From the NCBI GenBank assembly GCA_047602405.1, contig JASGHJ010000002.1, forward strand, positions 3,680,001 to 3,744,000: a stretch of 64,000 nt of DNA, in the 5' to 3' direction. How positions within the stretch are numbered: the stretch's first letter is position 1; each line of letters begins with the position of its first letter. The DNA comes from Anaeromyxobacteraceae bacterium (GTDB lineage Bacteria > Myxococcota > Myxococcia > Myxococcales > Anaeromyxobacteraceae). The position numbers were made by a program, and so were the translations under genes. Shown here one piece after another: positions 32,938 through 43,939 of this stretch. The notes under the pieces were generated by a model, which did not search any database, had not been told where the DNA came from, and saw only the letters and a program-made list of their open reading frames with translations.

Positions 32938-34211
32938 GGGCCCGGCTCTGGATCGCGCTCACCGGGCTGCGCGCCGACCGCCGCGGCACGCTCGTGAACG
33001 CGCTCGCGGCCTGCGTCGGCGCCGCGGCGCTCGTGCTTTTCCTCGCGCTCGGCCTCGGGGTCGGCCGCGCCGCCGCGCGGATGTTCCCCGCGGACGCGCG
33101 GCTCGTCGAGGTGGTGCCGCCGGCGGTCTCGCTCGGCGGCCTCCTCGGCGGCGGCCGGCTCGACGCCGGCGCGGTGGAGCGCCTGCGCGCGCTGCCCGGC
33201 GTGGAGGCCGCCCACCCGCGCCTGCCGCTCCGCGTGCCGCTCGCGATCCCGCGCCCGCCGCGCGGCCTCGACGCCCAGTGGCCGCCGGGCATGACGCTGC
33301 AGGTCCCGGCGGTCGGCGTGGACCCGGCGCTCGTCGCGGGCGATCTCCGCGGCGAGCCCTTCCTCGACCCGCCGCCGGGCCAGCCGGTGCCGGTCGTGCT
33401 CTCCCGCCGCCTGCTCGAGATCTACGACAAGACCATCGCGCCGGCGTGGGGCGTGCCGCGCCTGCCCGCCGGGCTCGTGCCCGTGGGCATCGAGGTGCCG
33501 CTGAAGGTCGGCCTCTCGATCGTGCCCGGGAAGACCGAGCCGCGCGTGGACGAGGTCCGCGCCCGGCTGGCCGGGCTCTCCGACCGGGTGCCGATTTACG
33601 TGATGGCGCTGCCGCTCGCGACCGTCGAGCGCCTCCACCGGGAGTACGGCAAGGAGGACCTGGGCTACGGGCAGGTCACGCTCGTCGCGCGCGAGGCCTC
33701 GGCCGTGCCCGGGATCGCCGCGGCGATCCGGCGGATGGGCTTCTCGGTGGACGAGTCGGAGCGCCAGGCCGCGGAGCGGGTCGGGACGATCGTGGCGGTC
33801 TCGACCGGCGCGCTCGTGGCGCTCGCGGTGCTCATGTGCGCCCTCGCCGCGCTCGCCATCGCGCAGTCGCTCTCGGCCTCCGTGCGCGGGCGCGCGAAGG
33901 AGATCGCGGTCCTGCAGGCGGTGGGCGCGTCCCCGGCGGACGTGCGGGGCGTCGTCCTCGTGCAGGGCGCCCTGCTCGGCCTCGCCGGCGGCGTCGCGGG
34001 CGCGCTCCTCGCGCGGCTCCTCGCGCTCGGCGCGGACCGCGCGGCGGCGCGGCTGCTCCCGGACTTCCCGCTCCGGCCGGAGACCTTCTTCGCGTTCCCG
34101 CCCTGGCTGCTCGTGCTCGGCGTGGCGCTGCCCGCGGCCGCGGCGGTGCTCGGCGCGCTCGGGCCGGCCGCGGCGGCGGCGCGGGTGGACCCGGCGCGGA
34201 CGCTGAGCTGA
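32934..34211 (+). CDS. ABC transporter permease (FtsX/MacB/LolE type)
   Basis: N-terminal TM, periplasmic domain, [13 protein letters not shown] and three C-terminal TMs ending AARVDP. Confidence 0.9.
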
Positions 34212-34217
34212 GTTCCA

Positions 34218-34264
34218 GGGGGCGCTCAGCGCGCCCCCTCCCCGGCGAGGCGGCTCGCCGGGGC
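34218..34264. terminator. Tandem GC hairpins between convergent genes
   Basis: GGGGGCGC..GCGCCCCC and CCCCGGCGAG..CTCGCCGGGG; no U-tract. Confidence 0.4.
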
Positions 34265-34287
34265 CCCTCCCCTGGCAGCGGGTCGCC

Positions 34288-35889
34288 TCAGCGGCTGCCG
34301 TAGGCCACGAGCTTCTCGCCGACCTGGAGCTTGCGGCTCTTCGGGTTGTGGATCCCGTTCCAGCGGCAGAGGTCGTCGAGCTCGACGCCCAGGCGCTGGG
34401 AGATTGACCAGAGCGAGTCGCCCGACCGCACCCTCACCGTCGTCCGCTCCTCCGCCGAGCGCGACACCGCGGCGGTGCGGGCGCGGACCGCAACGGCGGC
34501 CTCGGTGGTGGCGACGCCGCTGCCGATCGGGCGCGGCACGAGGAGCTCGGTGCCCACGCGCAGCTTCCTCGCGCTCTTCAGGCCGTTCATCTCGAGGATG
34601 CCCTGCGTCGGGACGCCGTAGCGGAGCGCGATGGAGGAGAGCGTGTCGCCCTTCTTCACCACGTGGCCCGCGAAGGTCATGCGCGACTTGCCCTCGAGCT
34701 TCGGCCAGGCCTCGGCGAACGGGGCGGCGCTCTCCTTCGGGATCTTGATCCGGTAGGCCCGCGGCGGCGTGCAGGCGCGGCGCAGCTCGGGGTTGAGGTC
34801 GATGATGGTCTTCTCGGAGGTCCCGGCGGCGCGGGCGACGAGGGAGAGCAGCGTCGCCTCCTTCACCGTCACCTCCTCGTACGGGACCCACGCCTCGGCG
34901 TCGATCTCCGCCTTCGCGAAGCCGAACGCCTCGGGGTGCTTCGAGATGATGGCGGCCGCCATGAGCTTCGGCACGTAGCCCTTCGTCTCGGCGCGCAGCA
35001 CCTTCTTGCCGGGCGTCGCGGCCATGTCCCAGAAGTCGTCGTAGCCGAGCCGCTTCGCCTTCGTGATCCGCCCGCCGCCCGCGTTGTAGCCGGCCCACGC
35101 GAGGCGCCAGTCCCCGTGCTGCTCGAAGAGCTCCTTCAGGTACCGGGCCGCGGCGTGCGCGGCCTTCTCCGGGTCGCGCCGCTCGTCGACCCAGAAGTCC
35201 TGGGCGAGGCCGAAGCGCTTGCCGGTCGCGCCGATGAACTGCCAGTTGCCCACCGCGCGCGCGCGGCTCTTCGCGAAGTTGCCGAAGCCCGACTCGATCA
35301 TCGCGAGGTAGACGGTGTCCTCCGGGACGCCCTCCTCGCGGAGGATCTCCTTGAACCGCGGGATGTACCGGTGGGAGCGGCCGAGCCACTTCACGAAGTG
35401 CCTGCGGGCGGCCGGCGACTGGAAGAAGCGGATGTACGAGACCACCGCCTCGTTCACGTCGATGGGGATGTCGTAGCGCGCGCGCAGCGTCGCGAGGTCG
35501 ACGTCGAGCTGCGGGAGGAGCTGGAGCTTGCCGGAGCCGGGCGTCGCCTTGTCGGCGTCGGCGGCGACGTGCGCGGCCTCCTCGGCGCGGCGCATCTCCT
35601 CGATCTCGGCCGAGTCCTTGTCGATCTCCTCGGAGATGGCGGGCTCGTCGGGAGCGTCGTCCTCGTCGTCGACCGGGCGGGCCTCGACCAGGCGCTCGGG
35701 CGCCGGGGCGGGCGCCGCGGGCTGTGGCCGCGCGGCCTTGAAGCTCGAGCCCACCGGCCGCGGCTCGGGCACCGAGGCGGCAGGCAAGGGCTCGTCCGCG
35801 ATCGCGCGGTGGGGTGGCCGCGCGCCGGCGAGGCCGGGCACGACGAGGAGCAGCAGGAGGGGGATCGGGGTCTTCAGGTTCGGCCTCAT
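34288..35889 (-). CDS. mltD: Lytic murein transglycosylase (SLT domain plus two LysM), MltD-like
   Basis: [27 protein letters not shown] and ET.GYVPK; two LysM repeats ([15 protein letters not shown]). Confidence 0.88.
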   Translation of the reverse strand: MRPNLKTPIPLLLLLVVPGLAGARPPHRAIADEPLPAASVPEPRPVGSSFKAARPQPAAPAPAPERLVEARPVDDEDDAPDEPAISEEIDKDSAEIEEMRRAEEAAHVAADADKATPGSGKLQLLPQLDVDLATLRARYDIPIDVNEAVVSYIRFFQSPAARRHFVKWLGRSHRYIPRFKEILREEGVPEDTVYLAMIESGFGNFAKSRARAVGNWQFIGATGKRFGLAQDFWVDERRDPEKAAHAAARYLKELFEQHGDWRLAWAGYNAGGGRITKAKRLGYDDFWDMAATPGKKVLRAETKGYVPKLMAAAIISKHPEAFGFAKAEIDAEAWVPYEEVTVKEATLLSLVARAAGTSEKTIIDLNPELRRACTPPRAYRIKIPKESAAPFAEAWPKLEGKSRMTFAGHVVKKGDTLSSIALRYGVPTQGILEMNGLKSARKLRVGTELLVPRPIGSGVATTEAAVAVRARTAAVSRSAEERTTVRVRSGDSLWSISQRLGVELDDLCRWNGIHNPKSRKLQVGEKLVAYGSR

Positions 35890-35910
35890 CGGTCCTCGAC
35901 TCGACTCTGC

Positions 35911-35939
35911 ATCGTACTTGGGACGGGCCCTGCCGCCAA
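35911..35939 (-). promoter_or_regulatory. Putative sigma70 promoter for mltD (TTGGCG-N17-TACGAT)
   Basis: Seen on the minus strand with a 17-bp spacer. Confidence 0.5.
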
Positions 35940-36185
35940 ATCCTTCGCCCGTTCGCCCGCTTGGCCGCATTCGACCGGCCGTCCGCCCGCCGCCCGGGCC
36001 GCCTTGCCGCGCGCCCAGGCCAACCTGTGCACGGGGTGGGCCCGCCCGGCAGGCCCCGAACCCGGCGAGACCACCGGGCGTTGCGGCGGCACGGCCGCCC
36101 TCTTACCAGGTACCCCCCGACCCTGGGGTCCATTCCCGGGGTTTCACCTTTCTCCCCCGGACGAGCAGCGCCCGGTGTAGACGAC

Positions 36186-37256
36186 GTGGCGAGCCCGCCC
36201 GGAGCCCCCTTGAACATCGGCCCCTACACGTTCTCCGGACGCTTCTTCCTCGCCCCGCTGGCCGGCGTCTCGGACCGCCCGTTCCGCAGCATCTGCCGCC
36301 GCATGGGCGCGAGCTTCGCCTACACCGAGATGGTCTCCGCGCACGGCCTCATGCACGGCACGCTGCAGACGCAGAGCTACCTCGACCGCGATCCCGAGGA
36401 GAACCCGTTCGCGGTGCAGATCTTCGCGGCCGAGCCGGAGGTGCTCGCGCGCGGCGCCGCGGTCGCGGTGAAGGCGGGGGCCGGCATCATCGACGTCAAC
36501 ATGGCCTGCCCGGTGAAGAAGGTGTGCGGCACGGGCGCCGGCGCCGCGTTCGGCCGCGAGCCGCGCCGGGTCGAGGAGGCGGTGCGCGCGATCCGCGGCG
36601 CCGTGGACGTGCCGGTCACCGTGAAGATCCGCGCGGGCTGGGACGACGGCGAGGTGAACTGCGTCGACGTCGCGAGGGCCGCCGAGGCCGGCGGCGCCTC
36701 CGCGGTCGCGCTGCACGGCCGCACCCGCGCGCAGATGTACTCGGGGCGCGCCCGCTGGGACCTCGTGAAGGCGATCAAGGATGCGGTCTCGATCGCGGTG
36801 CTCGGCTCCGGCGACGTGTGGACCGCCGACGACGCCCTCCGCATGCGCGCCGAGACCGGCTGTGACGCCGTGCTCGTCGCGCGCGGCGCCTGCGGGAACC
36901 CGTGGATCTTCCGGGAGCTGAGGGCCGTGGAGCGCGGCCTCCCGCGCCCGCCCCCGCCGACGCGCGAGGAGTGGATCGCGACCGTGCTCGAGCACGTGGA
37001 CCTGCAGGTCGAGCACCTGCGGCGCCAGTTCCCGGAGGAGCCGCCCGAGTCCGCCGAGCACCACGCGATCCGCGAGCTCAGGAAGCACCTCCTCTGGTAC
37101 ACGCGCGGCCGGCGCGGCGGCGTCTTCTTCCGCCGGGACGCCCCGCAGCTCAGGACGAGGGCCGACGTCGCGCGCCTCGTCGACCAGCACTTCCCGGCCG
37201 GCGGGGACGCCTTCGAGGCGGACCCCGCCCAGGCCGGCTCCGAGGACTTCGAGTGA
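36186..37256 (+). CDS. dusB: tRNA-dihydrouridine synthase DusB
   Basis: LAPLAG, TEMVS, DVNMACP, TVKIRAGW, HGRTR and GNPWIF; start GTG 36186 or TTG 36210. Confidence 0.92.
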   Translation: MASPPGAPLNIGPYTFSGRFFLAPLAGVSDRPFRSICRRMGASFAYTEMVSAHGLMHGTLQTQSYLDRDPEENPFAVQIFAAEPEVLARGAAVAVKAGAGIIDVNMACPVKKVCGTGAGAAFGREPRRVEEAVRAIRGAVDVPVTVKIRAGWDDGEVNCVDVARAAEAGGASAVALHGRTRAQMYSGRARWDLVKAIKDAVSIAVLGSGDVWTADDALRMRAETGCDAVLVARGACGNPWIFRELRAVERGLPRPPPPTREEWIATVLEHVDLQVEHLRRQFPEEPPESAEHHAIRELRKHLLWYTRGRRGGVFFRRDAPQLRTRADVARLVDQHFPAGGDAFEADPAQAGSEDFE

Positions 37257-38050
37257 CCACCGGCGGCACCCTCGCGGTCTACACCGGCGCGATCCTCGCG
37301 GGCGCGCTCGCCGGCGGGGCGCTCCCGCTCTTCGGGCGGCTGCGCCGCTCCGACCTGCTCCTCTCCTTCTCGGCCGGCGTGATGCTCGGCGCCGCCTTCC
37401 TGCACATGCTGCCGGAGGCGATCGAGGCCGCCGGGGTGAAGGCGCTCCCCTTCGTGCTGGGCGGCTTCCTCGCCCTCTACGTGCTCGAGCGGTTCGCCCT
37501 CGTGCACCTCTGCGCCGAGCCGGGCCCGAACGCGGAGCTCTCCGGCGAGGTCGCGCCGCACGTCGAGGGCGCCGGCCACCAGCACGTCGGCTGCGAGGTC
37601 CACACCATGGGGCTCGCCGCGTTCGTGGGGATGTCGCTCCACACGGTCGTCGACGGCTTCGCGCTCGCCGCCTCGAGCGTGGCCCCCGAGCTCGGGCTGC
37701 TCGTCTTCCTCGCCATCCTGGCGCACAAGGTGCCGAACGCCCTCTCGCTCTCGGCCATCCTGGTGGCGGAGGGCTACAGCCGGCGGCGCGCCCTCGCCCT
37801 CAACGCGACCTTCGCCCTCATGCTGCCGCTCGGCGTGCTGCTCTACGTGCTCCTGCGCGAGGCGGTCCACGCGGAGCGGTTCACCGGGCTCGCGCTCGCG
37901 GTCTCGGCCGGCACGTTCCTCCACCTCTCCATCTCGGACATCCTCCCGGACCTCCACCGGCGGGGAGGGTCGAAGTGGCGGATCTCGGGGGCCGTGCTCG
38001 CCGGGGTGGCGCTGATGGGGGCGCTGGGGTTCCTCCGGTACGGGCACTAG
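37253..38050 (+). CDS. ZIP-family metal transporter
   Basis: FSAGVML...HMLPEA, His-rich loop, LH..VDG, HKVP, AGTFL and DILP. Confidence 0.9.
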   Translation: MTTGGTLAVYTGAILAGALAGGALPLFGRLRRSDLLLSFSAGVMLGAAFLHMLPEAIEAAGVKALPFVLGGFLALYVLERFALVHLCAEPGPNAELSGEVAPHVEGAGHQHVGCEVHTMGLAAFVGMSLHTVVDGFALAASSVAPELGLLVFLAILAHKVPNALSLSAILVAEGYSRRRALALNATFALMLPLGVLLYVLLREAVHAERFTGLALAVSAGTFLHLSISDILPDLHRRGGSKWRISGAVLAGVALMGALGFLRYGH

Positions 38051-38170
38051 CGGTCGCGCAGGTTCCCATGTCACTTCCGGCCGCGCCCCGCCTCCGGGAA
38101 CGGGCCGCCGCGATCGTTGTTGAGAAGCTGGGGCGCCGCTAAGCTGCCTCACCCCGGAGGGAACCGCCGC

Positions 38171-39160
38171 ATGAACGCGGACATGAAGGCCATCGCCGAC
38201 GAGGTCCAGGCGCGCGCCGGCTTCGTCGAGGCGCTCGTCGCCGAGACGGGCAAGGTCATCGTCGGCCAGCGTTACCTCGTCGAGCGCGCGCTGATCGGCG
38301 TGCTCACCGGCGGCCACGTGCTGCTCGAGGGCGTGCCCGGCCTCGCGAAGACGCTCGCGGTGAAGACGATCGCCGACGCCGTCGACTGCCAGTTCAGCCG
38401 GGTGCAGTTCACGCCCGACCTCCTCCCGGCCGACGTCGTCGGGACGCAGGTGTACGACCCGCGCAGCCAGACCTTCCACGCGAAGCAGGGGCCCATCTTC
38501 GCGAACGTCGTGCTCGCCGACGAGGTGAACCGCGCGCCCGCGAAGGTCCAGTCCGCCCTCCTCGAGGCGATGCAGGAGCGGCAGGTCACCATCGGCGACC
38601 AGACCTTCCCGCTGCCGGATCCGTTCGTGGTGCTCGCCACCCAGAACCCCATCGAGCAGGAGGGCACATACCCCCTGCCCGAGGCGCAGGTCGACCGCTT
38701 CATGCTGAAGGTGAAGGTCGGGTACCCGAGCCGCGAGGAGGAGCGGGCGATCATGGACCGGATGTCGGTCCTCACCCCGCCGCGCGCGAGGGCGGTGGTG
38801 TCGCCCGCCCAGCTGAAGGAGGCGCGCGAGACGGTCCACCGCATCTACCTCGACGACCGGGTGAAGGACTACATCGTGAACGTGGTGTTCGCGACGCGCG
38901 ACCCGCGCGGCCACGGCCTGCCCGAGCTCGCCGGCTTCGTCGAGTACGGCGCCTCGCCGCGCGCGACGCTGTTCCTCGCGCTCGCCGCCCGCGCCCACGC
39001 GTTCCTCCGCCGGCGGGGGTTCACCACCCCCGAGGACGTGAAGGCGGTCGCCTACGACGTGCTCCGGCACCGGATCACGCTGACCTACGAGGCCGAGGCC
39101 GAGGAGGTCACGCCGGAGAAGGTCGTCTCGCGGGTGCTGGAAAAGATCGAGGTGCCGTGA
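38171..39160 (+). CDS. moxR: MoxR-family AAA+ ATPase
   Basis: GHVLLEGVPGLAKT, QFTPDLLP, DEVNRAPAKVQSALLEAMQE, ATQNPIEQEGTY and GASPR. Confidence 0.96.
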   Translation: MNADMKAIADEVQARAGFVEALVAETGKVIVGQRYLVERALIGVLTGGHVLLEGVPGLAKTLAVKTIADAVDCQFSRVQFTPDLLPADVVGTQVYDPRSQTFHAKQGPIFANVVLADEVNRAPAKVQSALLEAMQERQVTIGDQTFPLPDPFVVLATQNPIEQEGTYPLPEAQVDRFMLKVKVGYPSREEERAIMDRMSVLTPPRARAVVSPAQLKEARETVHRIYLDDRVKDYIVNVVFATRDPRGHGLPELAGFVEYGASPRATLFLALAARAHAFLRRRGFTTPEDVKAVAYDVLRHRITLTYEAEAEEVTPEKVVSRVLEKIEVP

Positions 39161-40080
39161 CCGTGGCTTCGGGCCTGACCGCCCGCGACCTCGTCCAGCG
39201 CGTCCGGCGGATCGAGATCGCCACGCGCCGCGCGGTCGAGGACACCCTCTCCGGCCAGTACCACTCCGTCTTCAAGGGGCGGGGCATGGCCTTCAGCGAG
39301 GTGCGCCCGTACGCCCCCGGCGACGAGGTCCGCGCCATCGACTGGAACGTCTCGGCGCGCACCGGCCAGCTCCACGTGAAGCGGTTCGTGGAGGAGCGCG
39401 AGCTCACCGTCGTGATCCTGGTGGACCTCTCCGCCTCGGCCGACTTCGGCTCGCGGGAGCGCACGAAGGCCGAGGTCGCGGCCGAGATCGCGGCGCTCGT
39501 CGCCTTCAGCGCGGTCGCGAACGGCGACCGGGTCGGCCTCGTGCTCTTCACCGACCGCGTGGAGCGCTTCGTGCCGGCCCGCAAGGGCCGGCGGCACGCG
39601 ATGCGGCTCGTCTCGGAGATCCTCCAGTTCCGCCCGGCGTCGCGGCGCACCGGCGTCGGCGCCGCGCTGCAGCTCCTCCGGAACGCGTTCAAGCGCCGCA
39701 CGATCGCCTTCGTCCTCTCCGACTTCCTCGAGCCCGCCGCGAAGGGCGAGCCCGGGGTGCCGTTCGAGCGCGCGCTCAAGGTCGCGGCGAAGAAGCACGA
39801 CCTCGTCCCGGTCCGGCTCACCGACCGGCTCGAGGCCGAGCTGCCGGCGGCGGGCCTCGCGCTCGTCGAGGACCCGGAGAGCGGCGAGGTCCTGCGGGTC
39901 GACCTCTCCGACCGCCGGCTGCGCGCCCGCTTCGCCGCCGCCGCGCGCGCGGACGACGAGCGGCTCCGGAAGCTCTTCGCGAAGCTGCAGCTCGACGCCA
40001 TCGCGGTGCGCGCCGACGACGCCGACTACGTGAAGCCGCTCCTCGCCTTCTTCGGCGCCCGCGCCAGGAGGCGCGCGTGA
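39157..40080 (+). CDS. DUF58 (vWA-like) protein of the MoxR operon
   Basis: GQYHSVFKGRGM.FSEVR.Y.PGDEVR.IDWNVSAR, EERE and SDF. Confidence 0.93.
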   Translation: MTVASGLTARDLVQRVRRIEIATRRAVEDTLSGQYHSVFKGRGMAFSEVRPYAPGDEVRAIDWNVSARTGQLHVKRFVEERELTVVILVDLSASADFGSRERTKAEVAAEIAALVAFSAVANGDRVGLVLFTDRVERFVPARKGRRHAMRLVSEILQFRPASRRTGVGAALQLLRNAFKRRTIAFVLSDFLEPAAKGEPGVPFERALKVAAKKHDLVPVRLTDRLEAELPAAGLALVEDPESGEVLRVDLSDRRLRARFAAAARADDERLRKLFAKLQLDAIAVRADDADYVKPLLAFFGARARRRA

Positions 40081-41042
40081 TCGCCGCGGCGGCCCTCGCG
40101 CTCGCGGTCGCCCTGCCGGCGCCGGCGCCGTCGGCTCCTTCCTACCCGGTCCAGTCGCGCGCGCAGAAGACCGAGGTGAAGCTCGGCGAGCCATTCGGTT
40201 ACGAGCTCGAGGTGCGCCACCCGGCCGGCCTCACGCTCGCGCTCCCGAAGGAGCTGCCGCAGGAGCCGTTCCACCTCGAGCCGGGCGCCTGCCGGCGCGA
40301 GCCCGTGGAGGGCGAGCCCGGCGAGGTGACGAGCGTGTGCAGCCTCACGGCGTCGCTCTTCGCGCTCGGCCCCCACGAGGTCCCCGCGGTGGCGCTCGAG
40401 CTCACCGGCCCGGGCGGCGCGAAGGAGACCCTGCGCGTCTCCGGGACGGCCGTCACCGGCGTCGGGCTCCTCGACCCGAAGGCGCCGCCCGAGCAGCTCC
40501 AGCTCCGCGACCTCTCGCCGCCCGCGCCGCTCATGGTGCGCTCGCTGCGGCTCGTGTGGTGGACGCTCGGCGCCCTCGGCGCCCTCGCGGTCGCGCTCCT
40601 CGCGTGGAGGGCCTGGCGCCGCCGGGCGGTGCGCGCCGCGGAGCCGCCGCCGCCGGTGCCCCCGCACGAGCGCCTCGCCCGGCGCCTCGCCGCGCTCGAG
40701 GGCGACCGGCTCGGCGAACGCGGGCACGCGCGCGAGCACTTCTACCGGCTCTCCGAGATGGTGCGCGAGTACCTCGGCGCGCTGCTCGGCGTGCCCGCGC
40801 TCGACCTCACCACCGAGGAGCTCCTCGAGCGGACCCGCGACGCCGGCGATCCGCGCCTCGATCCGGCGGACCTGAGGCCCTTCCTCGAGGACGTGGACCT
40901 CGTGAAGTTCGCCCGGGCCGAGGCCGGGCCGGGCGAGTGCGCCTCCGGCGTCGCCTGGGCGCGCGCGCTCCTCGACCGGACGCGCCCGCCGGAGCCGGCC
41001 GCGCCGCCGCCCCCGCCGGGCGCCGGGGAGGCCCGCCGGTGA
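40077..41042 (+). CDS. Bat-operon membrane protein (Ig-like ectodomain, TM, helical C-terminus)
   Basis: Signal peptide, TM, YRLSE.VREYL, TTEE and DLVKFA motifs. Confidence 0.8.
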   Translation: MIAAAALALAVALPAPAPSAPSYPVQSRAQKTEVKLGEPFGYELEVRHPAGLTLALPKELPQEPFHLEPGACRREPVEGEPGEVTSVCSLTASLFALGPHEVPAVALELTGPGGAKETLRVSGTAVTGVGLLDPKAPPEQLQLRDLSPPAPLMVRSLRLVWWTLGALGALAVALLAWRAWRRRAVRAAEPPPPVPPHERLARRLAALEGDRLGERGHAREHFYRLSEMVREYLGALLGVPALDLTTEELLERTRDAGDPRLDPADLRPFLEDVDLVKFARAEAGPGECASGVAWARALLDRTRPPEPAAPPPPPGAGEARR

Positions 41043-42043
41043 ACGGGCCCACGTTCGACCTCGCCCGGCCGTGGGCGCTCGTCCTGCTCCTCGGGCTGCC
41101 GCTCGCGATCGCCGCGTTCCGGCTCGAGCGCCGCCGCGCGCCGCGGCTGCACCACCCGCGCGCGGCCACCCTCGCCGCCGTCGGCCGGGGCCTCGCGGGC
41201 CGGCTCGCCTGGCTGCCCCAGGCGCTCCTCGTCGCCGCGCTCGGGCTCGTCGTGCTCGGGCTCGCCCGGCCCCGCTCGCACGAGCGCACCCCCGAGGCGC
41301 TCGCGGTGGAGGGCATCGACATCGTCGTCGCGCTCGACATGTCTTCCTCGATGCTCGCCGTCGACTTCAAGCCGCAGAACCGCTTCCACGTCGCGAAGGA
41401 GGTGCTGAAGCAGTTCGTCGGCCGGCGCCCGAACGACCGGATCGGCCTCGTGGTCTTCTCCGGCGAGGCGTACACGCAGTGCCCGCTCACCCTCGACGCC
41501 AACATCCTCCGCCAGCTCGTCGATCAGCTCCGGATCGGCACCATCGAGAACGGCACCGCCATCGGCAACGCGCTCGCGACCAGCGTCAACCGCCTGCGCG
41601 AGTCGGACGCGAAGTCGAAGGTCATCATCCTCATCACCGACGGCGACAACAACGCCGGCCAGGTCGCGCCCATGGAGGCCGCCGAGATCGCCCGCGGCTA
41701 CGGGATCCGGGTGTTCACGATCCTCGTCGGCAAGGGCGGCGTGGTGCCGGTGCCGGTGGGGGACGTGCCCGGCGTGTACGAGGACCAGGAGCTGCCGGTG
41801 AACCCGAAGCTGCTCCAGGAGATCGCGCGCACGACGGGCGGGACCTACGCGGTGGCGACCGACCAGGACTCGCTCGAGCACGGCCTGCAGGCGGTGCTCG
41901 ACAGGATGGAGAAGACCCGGATGTTCGAGGCGAGCGGCGGGTCGCACGCGACCGAGCTCTTCCCGGAGGCGCTCGAGCCGGCGTTCTGGCTCGCCGCGCT
42001 CGCGCTCGCGCTCTCCGCCACCCGCTTCCGCCCGTTCCCGTGA
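41039..42043 (+). CDS. batA: vWA-domain protein BatA
   Basis: LARP, MIDAS D.SSSM, DRIGLVVF, GTAIG and LITDG.NN. Confidence 0.88.
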   Translation: MNGPTFDLARPWALVLLLGLPLAIAAFRLERRRAPRLHHPRAATLAAVGRGLAGRLAWLPQALLVAALGLVVLGLARPRSHERTPEALAVEGIDIVVALDMSSSMLAVDFKPQNRFHVAKEVLKQFVGRRPNDRIGLVVFSGEAYTQCPLTLDANILRQLVDQLRIGTIENGTAIGNALATSVNRLRESDAKSKVIILITDGDNNAGQVAPMEAAEIARGYGIRVFTILVGKGGVVPVPVGDVPGVYEDQELPVNPKLLQEIARTTGGTYAVATDQDSLEHGLQAVLDRMEKTRMFEASGGSHATELFPEALEPAFWLAALALALSATRFRPFP

Positions 42044-42098
42044 TGCCGGCTCCGACCACCCACGCCACCCTCGTGAACCACCGCCCCCCATCGCGCCG

Positions 42099-43172
42099 AT
42101 GACGCCCCCAGGCCCCACCCTCCCCATCCCCTTCCTCGGCTACGCCGCCCGGCTCGCCGAGCCCCGCGCGCTGTGGCTGCTCGCGGCGGTGGCCGGCGTC
42201 GCGACGCTCGGGGCGTGGGGCGTGTGGCGCCGGCGGCGCGCGCTCGCCGCCGCGGCGGGCGCGCTCGCGCCCCGGATCGCGCCCGGGGCGAACGTCACGC
42301 GCCCGGCGGCCCGGCTCGGCCTCTCGGTCACCGGCCTCGCGCTCCTCGCGCTCGCGCTCGCCCGCCCGCAGTGCGGCTCCCGCACCGAGATCGCCCGCCG
42401 CTACGGCGCCGACCTCGTGGTGGTGCTCGACGCGTCGCGCTCGATGACCGCGCGCGACGTGAAGCCGGACCGGCTCGCCCGCGCGAAGCTCGAGCTCTCC
42501 GACCTCCTCGACCGGCTCGCCGGCGACCGGGTCGCGCTCGTCGCCTTCGCGGGCTCCGCGTTCGTGCAGTGCCCGCTCACCACCGACTACGCCGCCGCGA
42601 AGCTCTTCCTGCGCACGGTCGACCCCGAGCTCCTCCCGCAGCAGGGCACCGCGCTCGGCCCTGCGCTGCTCGCCGCGCGCGACGCGCTCGTCGCCGGCGA
42701 CCGCGCCGCGGCGCGCGCGAAGCTGGTGCTCGTGGTGTCCGACGGCGAGGACCAGGAGGGCGGCGTCGACGCCGCCGCGCGCGAGCTCGCAGAGGCGGGC
42801 ATCGTCGTGCACGCGCTCGCGATCGGCACCCGGGAGGGCGCGCCGATCCCGGTCGCGGGCGAGGACGGGGGCGTCCAGGCCTACAAGAAGGACCGCGCCG
42901 GCAACACGGTCGTGACCCGGCTCGACGACGCGTCGCTGGCCGCGGTCGTGGCGGCGGGCGGCGGACAGGTGTTCGAGCTCGGCGCACCCGGGCGCGGCGT
43001 GGACGCCTTCCGCGCGGAGCTCGACAAGGTGGCGAAGAGCGAGCTCGAGAGCCGGCTCACCGTCGTGTACGAGGACCGCTACGCGGTCGCGGCCTTCCCG
43101 GCGTTCCTGCTCCTCCTCGGGGCCCTGCTCGTGCGCGAGCGCGGCCGGACACCGGACGAGGAGGCCGCGTGA
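42099..43172 (+). CDS. batB: vWA-domain protein BatB
   Basis: LARPQ, DASRSM.A.DV.P.RL, PLTTDY, QGT, SDGED and G.PIP. Confidence 0.88.
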   Translation: MTPPGPTLPIPFLGYAARLAEPRALWLLAAVAGVATLGAWGVWRRRRALAAAAGALAPRIAPGANVTRPAARLGLSVTGLALLALALARPQCGSRTEIARRYGADLVVVLDASRSMTARDVKPDRLARAKLELSDLLDRLAGDRVALVAFAGSAFVQCPLTTDYAAAKLFLRTVDPELLPQQGTALGPALLAARDALVAGDRAAARAKLVLVVSDGEDQEGGVDAAARELAEAGIVVHALAIGTREGAPIPVAGEDGGVQAYKKDRAGNTVVTRLDDASLAAVVAAGGGQVFELGAPGRGVDAFRAELDKVAKSELESRLTVVYEDRYAVAAFPAFLLLLGALLVRERGRTPDEEAA

Positions 43173-43939
43173 CCGCGTTCGCCGCCGTCCTCGCGCTCGC
43201 GCTCGCCTTCTCGCCGCTCAAGGCGGAGGAAGAGAACGTCCGCGCGGGGAACGAGAAGCTCGTCGCGGGGGACCCGAAGGCCGCGCTCGAGCGCTACGAC
43301 GCCGCGGAGAAGAAGGTCGGCGCCCACCCGGAGATCGAGTACGACCGCGGCCACGCGGCCTACCGGGCCGGGCGGCTCGACGAGGCGGTCGAGCGGTTCA
43401 GGAAGGCCGCCGAGCAGGCGCCGGCGCCGCTCGCGTCCCGCGCGCTCCAGAACGCGGGCAACGCGCTCGCCGCGAAGGGTGACGAGCCCGGCGCGCTCGG
43501 CGCGTACCGCGACGCGCTCCGGAAGGATCCGGCCAACGAGGACGCGCGCTACGACCTCGAGGTGCTGCTCCGGCGGAAGGAGCAGCCTCCGCCGCCGAAG
43601 AGCGGGAAGGACCAGGACAAGGAGGGCCCGGCCCCGAAGCAGCAGCAGGGCGAGGGACAGCAGCAGGGGAAGCCCCCGCCGAAGCCCGACGACCAGGGGA
43701 AGGAGCAGCAGAAGCAGAGCCCGCAGCGCGAAGGTGAGCAGCAGGAGCCGCAGGGCGGGGAGCAGCAGCAGAAGCAGCCCCGGCCCGCGGAGGAGCGGCA
43801 GGGTGAGCGGGCGGGATCGCTCTCGAAGCAGGACGCGGAGCGGCTGCTCGACGCGCTCCGGGCGCGGGAGAAGAAGCTGCCGCAGGATCCGCGGCGGGGA
43901 AGGAGCTCGGGGAGGACGGATGTCGAACGGGACTGGTGA
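43169..43939 (+). CDS. batC: TPR protein with Q/E/K-rich tail, BatC-like
   Basis: TPR repeats, low-complexity tail and AERLLDAL...RDW terminus. Confidence 0.78.
   Translation: MTAFAAVLALALAFSPLKAEEENVRAGNEKLVAGDPKAALERYDAAEKKVGAHPEIEYDRGHAAYRAGRLDEAVERFRKAAEQAPAPLASRALQNAGNALAAKGDEPGALGAYRDALRKDPANEDARYDLEVLLRRKEQPPPPKSGKDQDKEGPAPKQQQGEGQQQGKPPPKPDDQGKEQQKQSPQREGEQQEPQGGEQQQKQPRPAEERQGERAGSLSKQDAERLLDALRAREKKLPQDPRRGRSSGRTDVERDW

Noticed and set aside
35940..36185. Possible ncRNA or riboswitch in the mltD-dusB divergent spacer
   Set aside because: Only generic GC hairpins; no recognisable family motif
42043..42098. C-rich gap between batA and batB
   Set aside because: ATG 42043 would be in frame with one more C in the C6 run; a probable homopolymer error or variable N-terminus, not a distinct element
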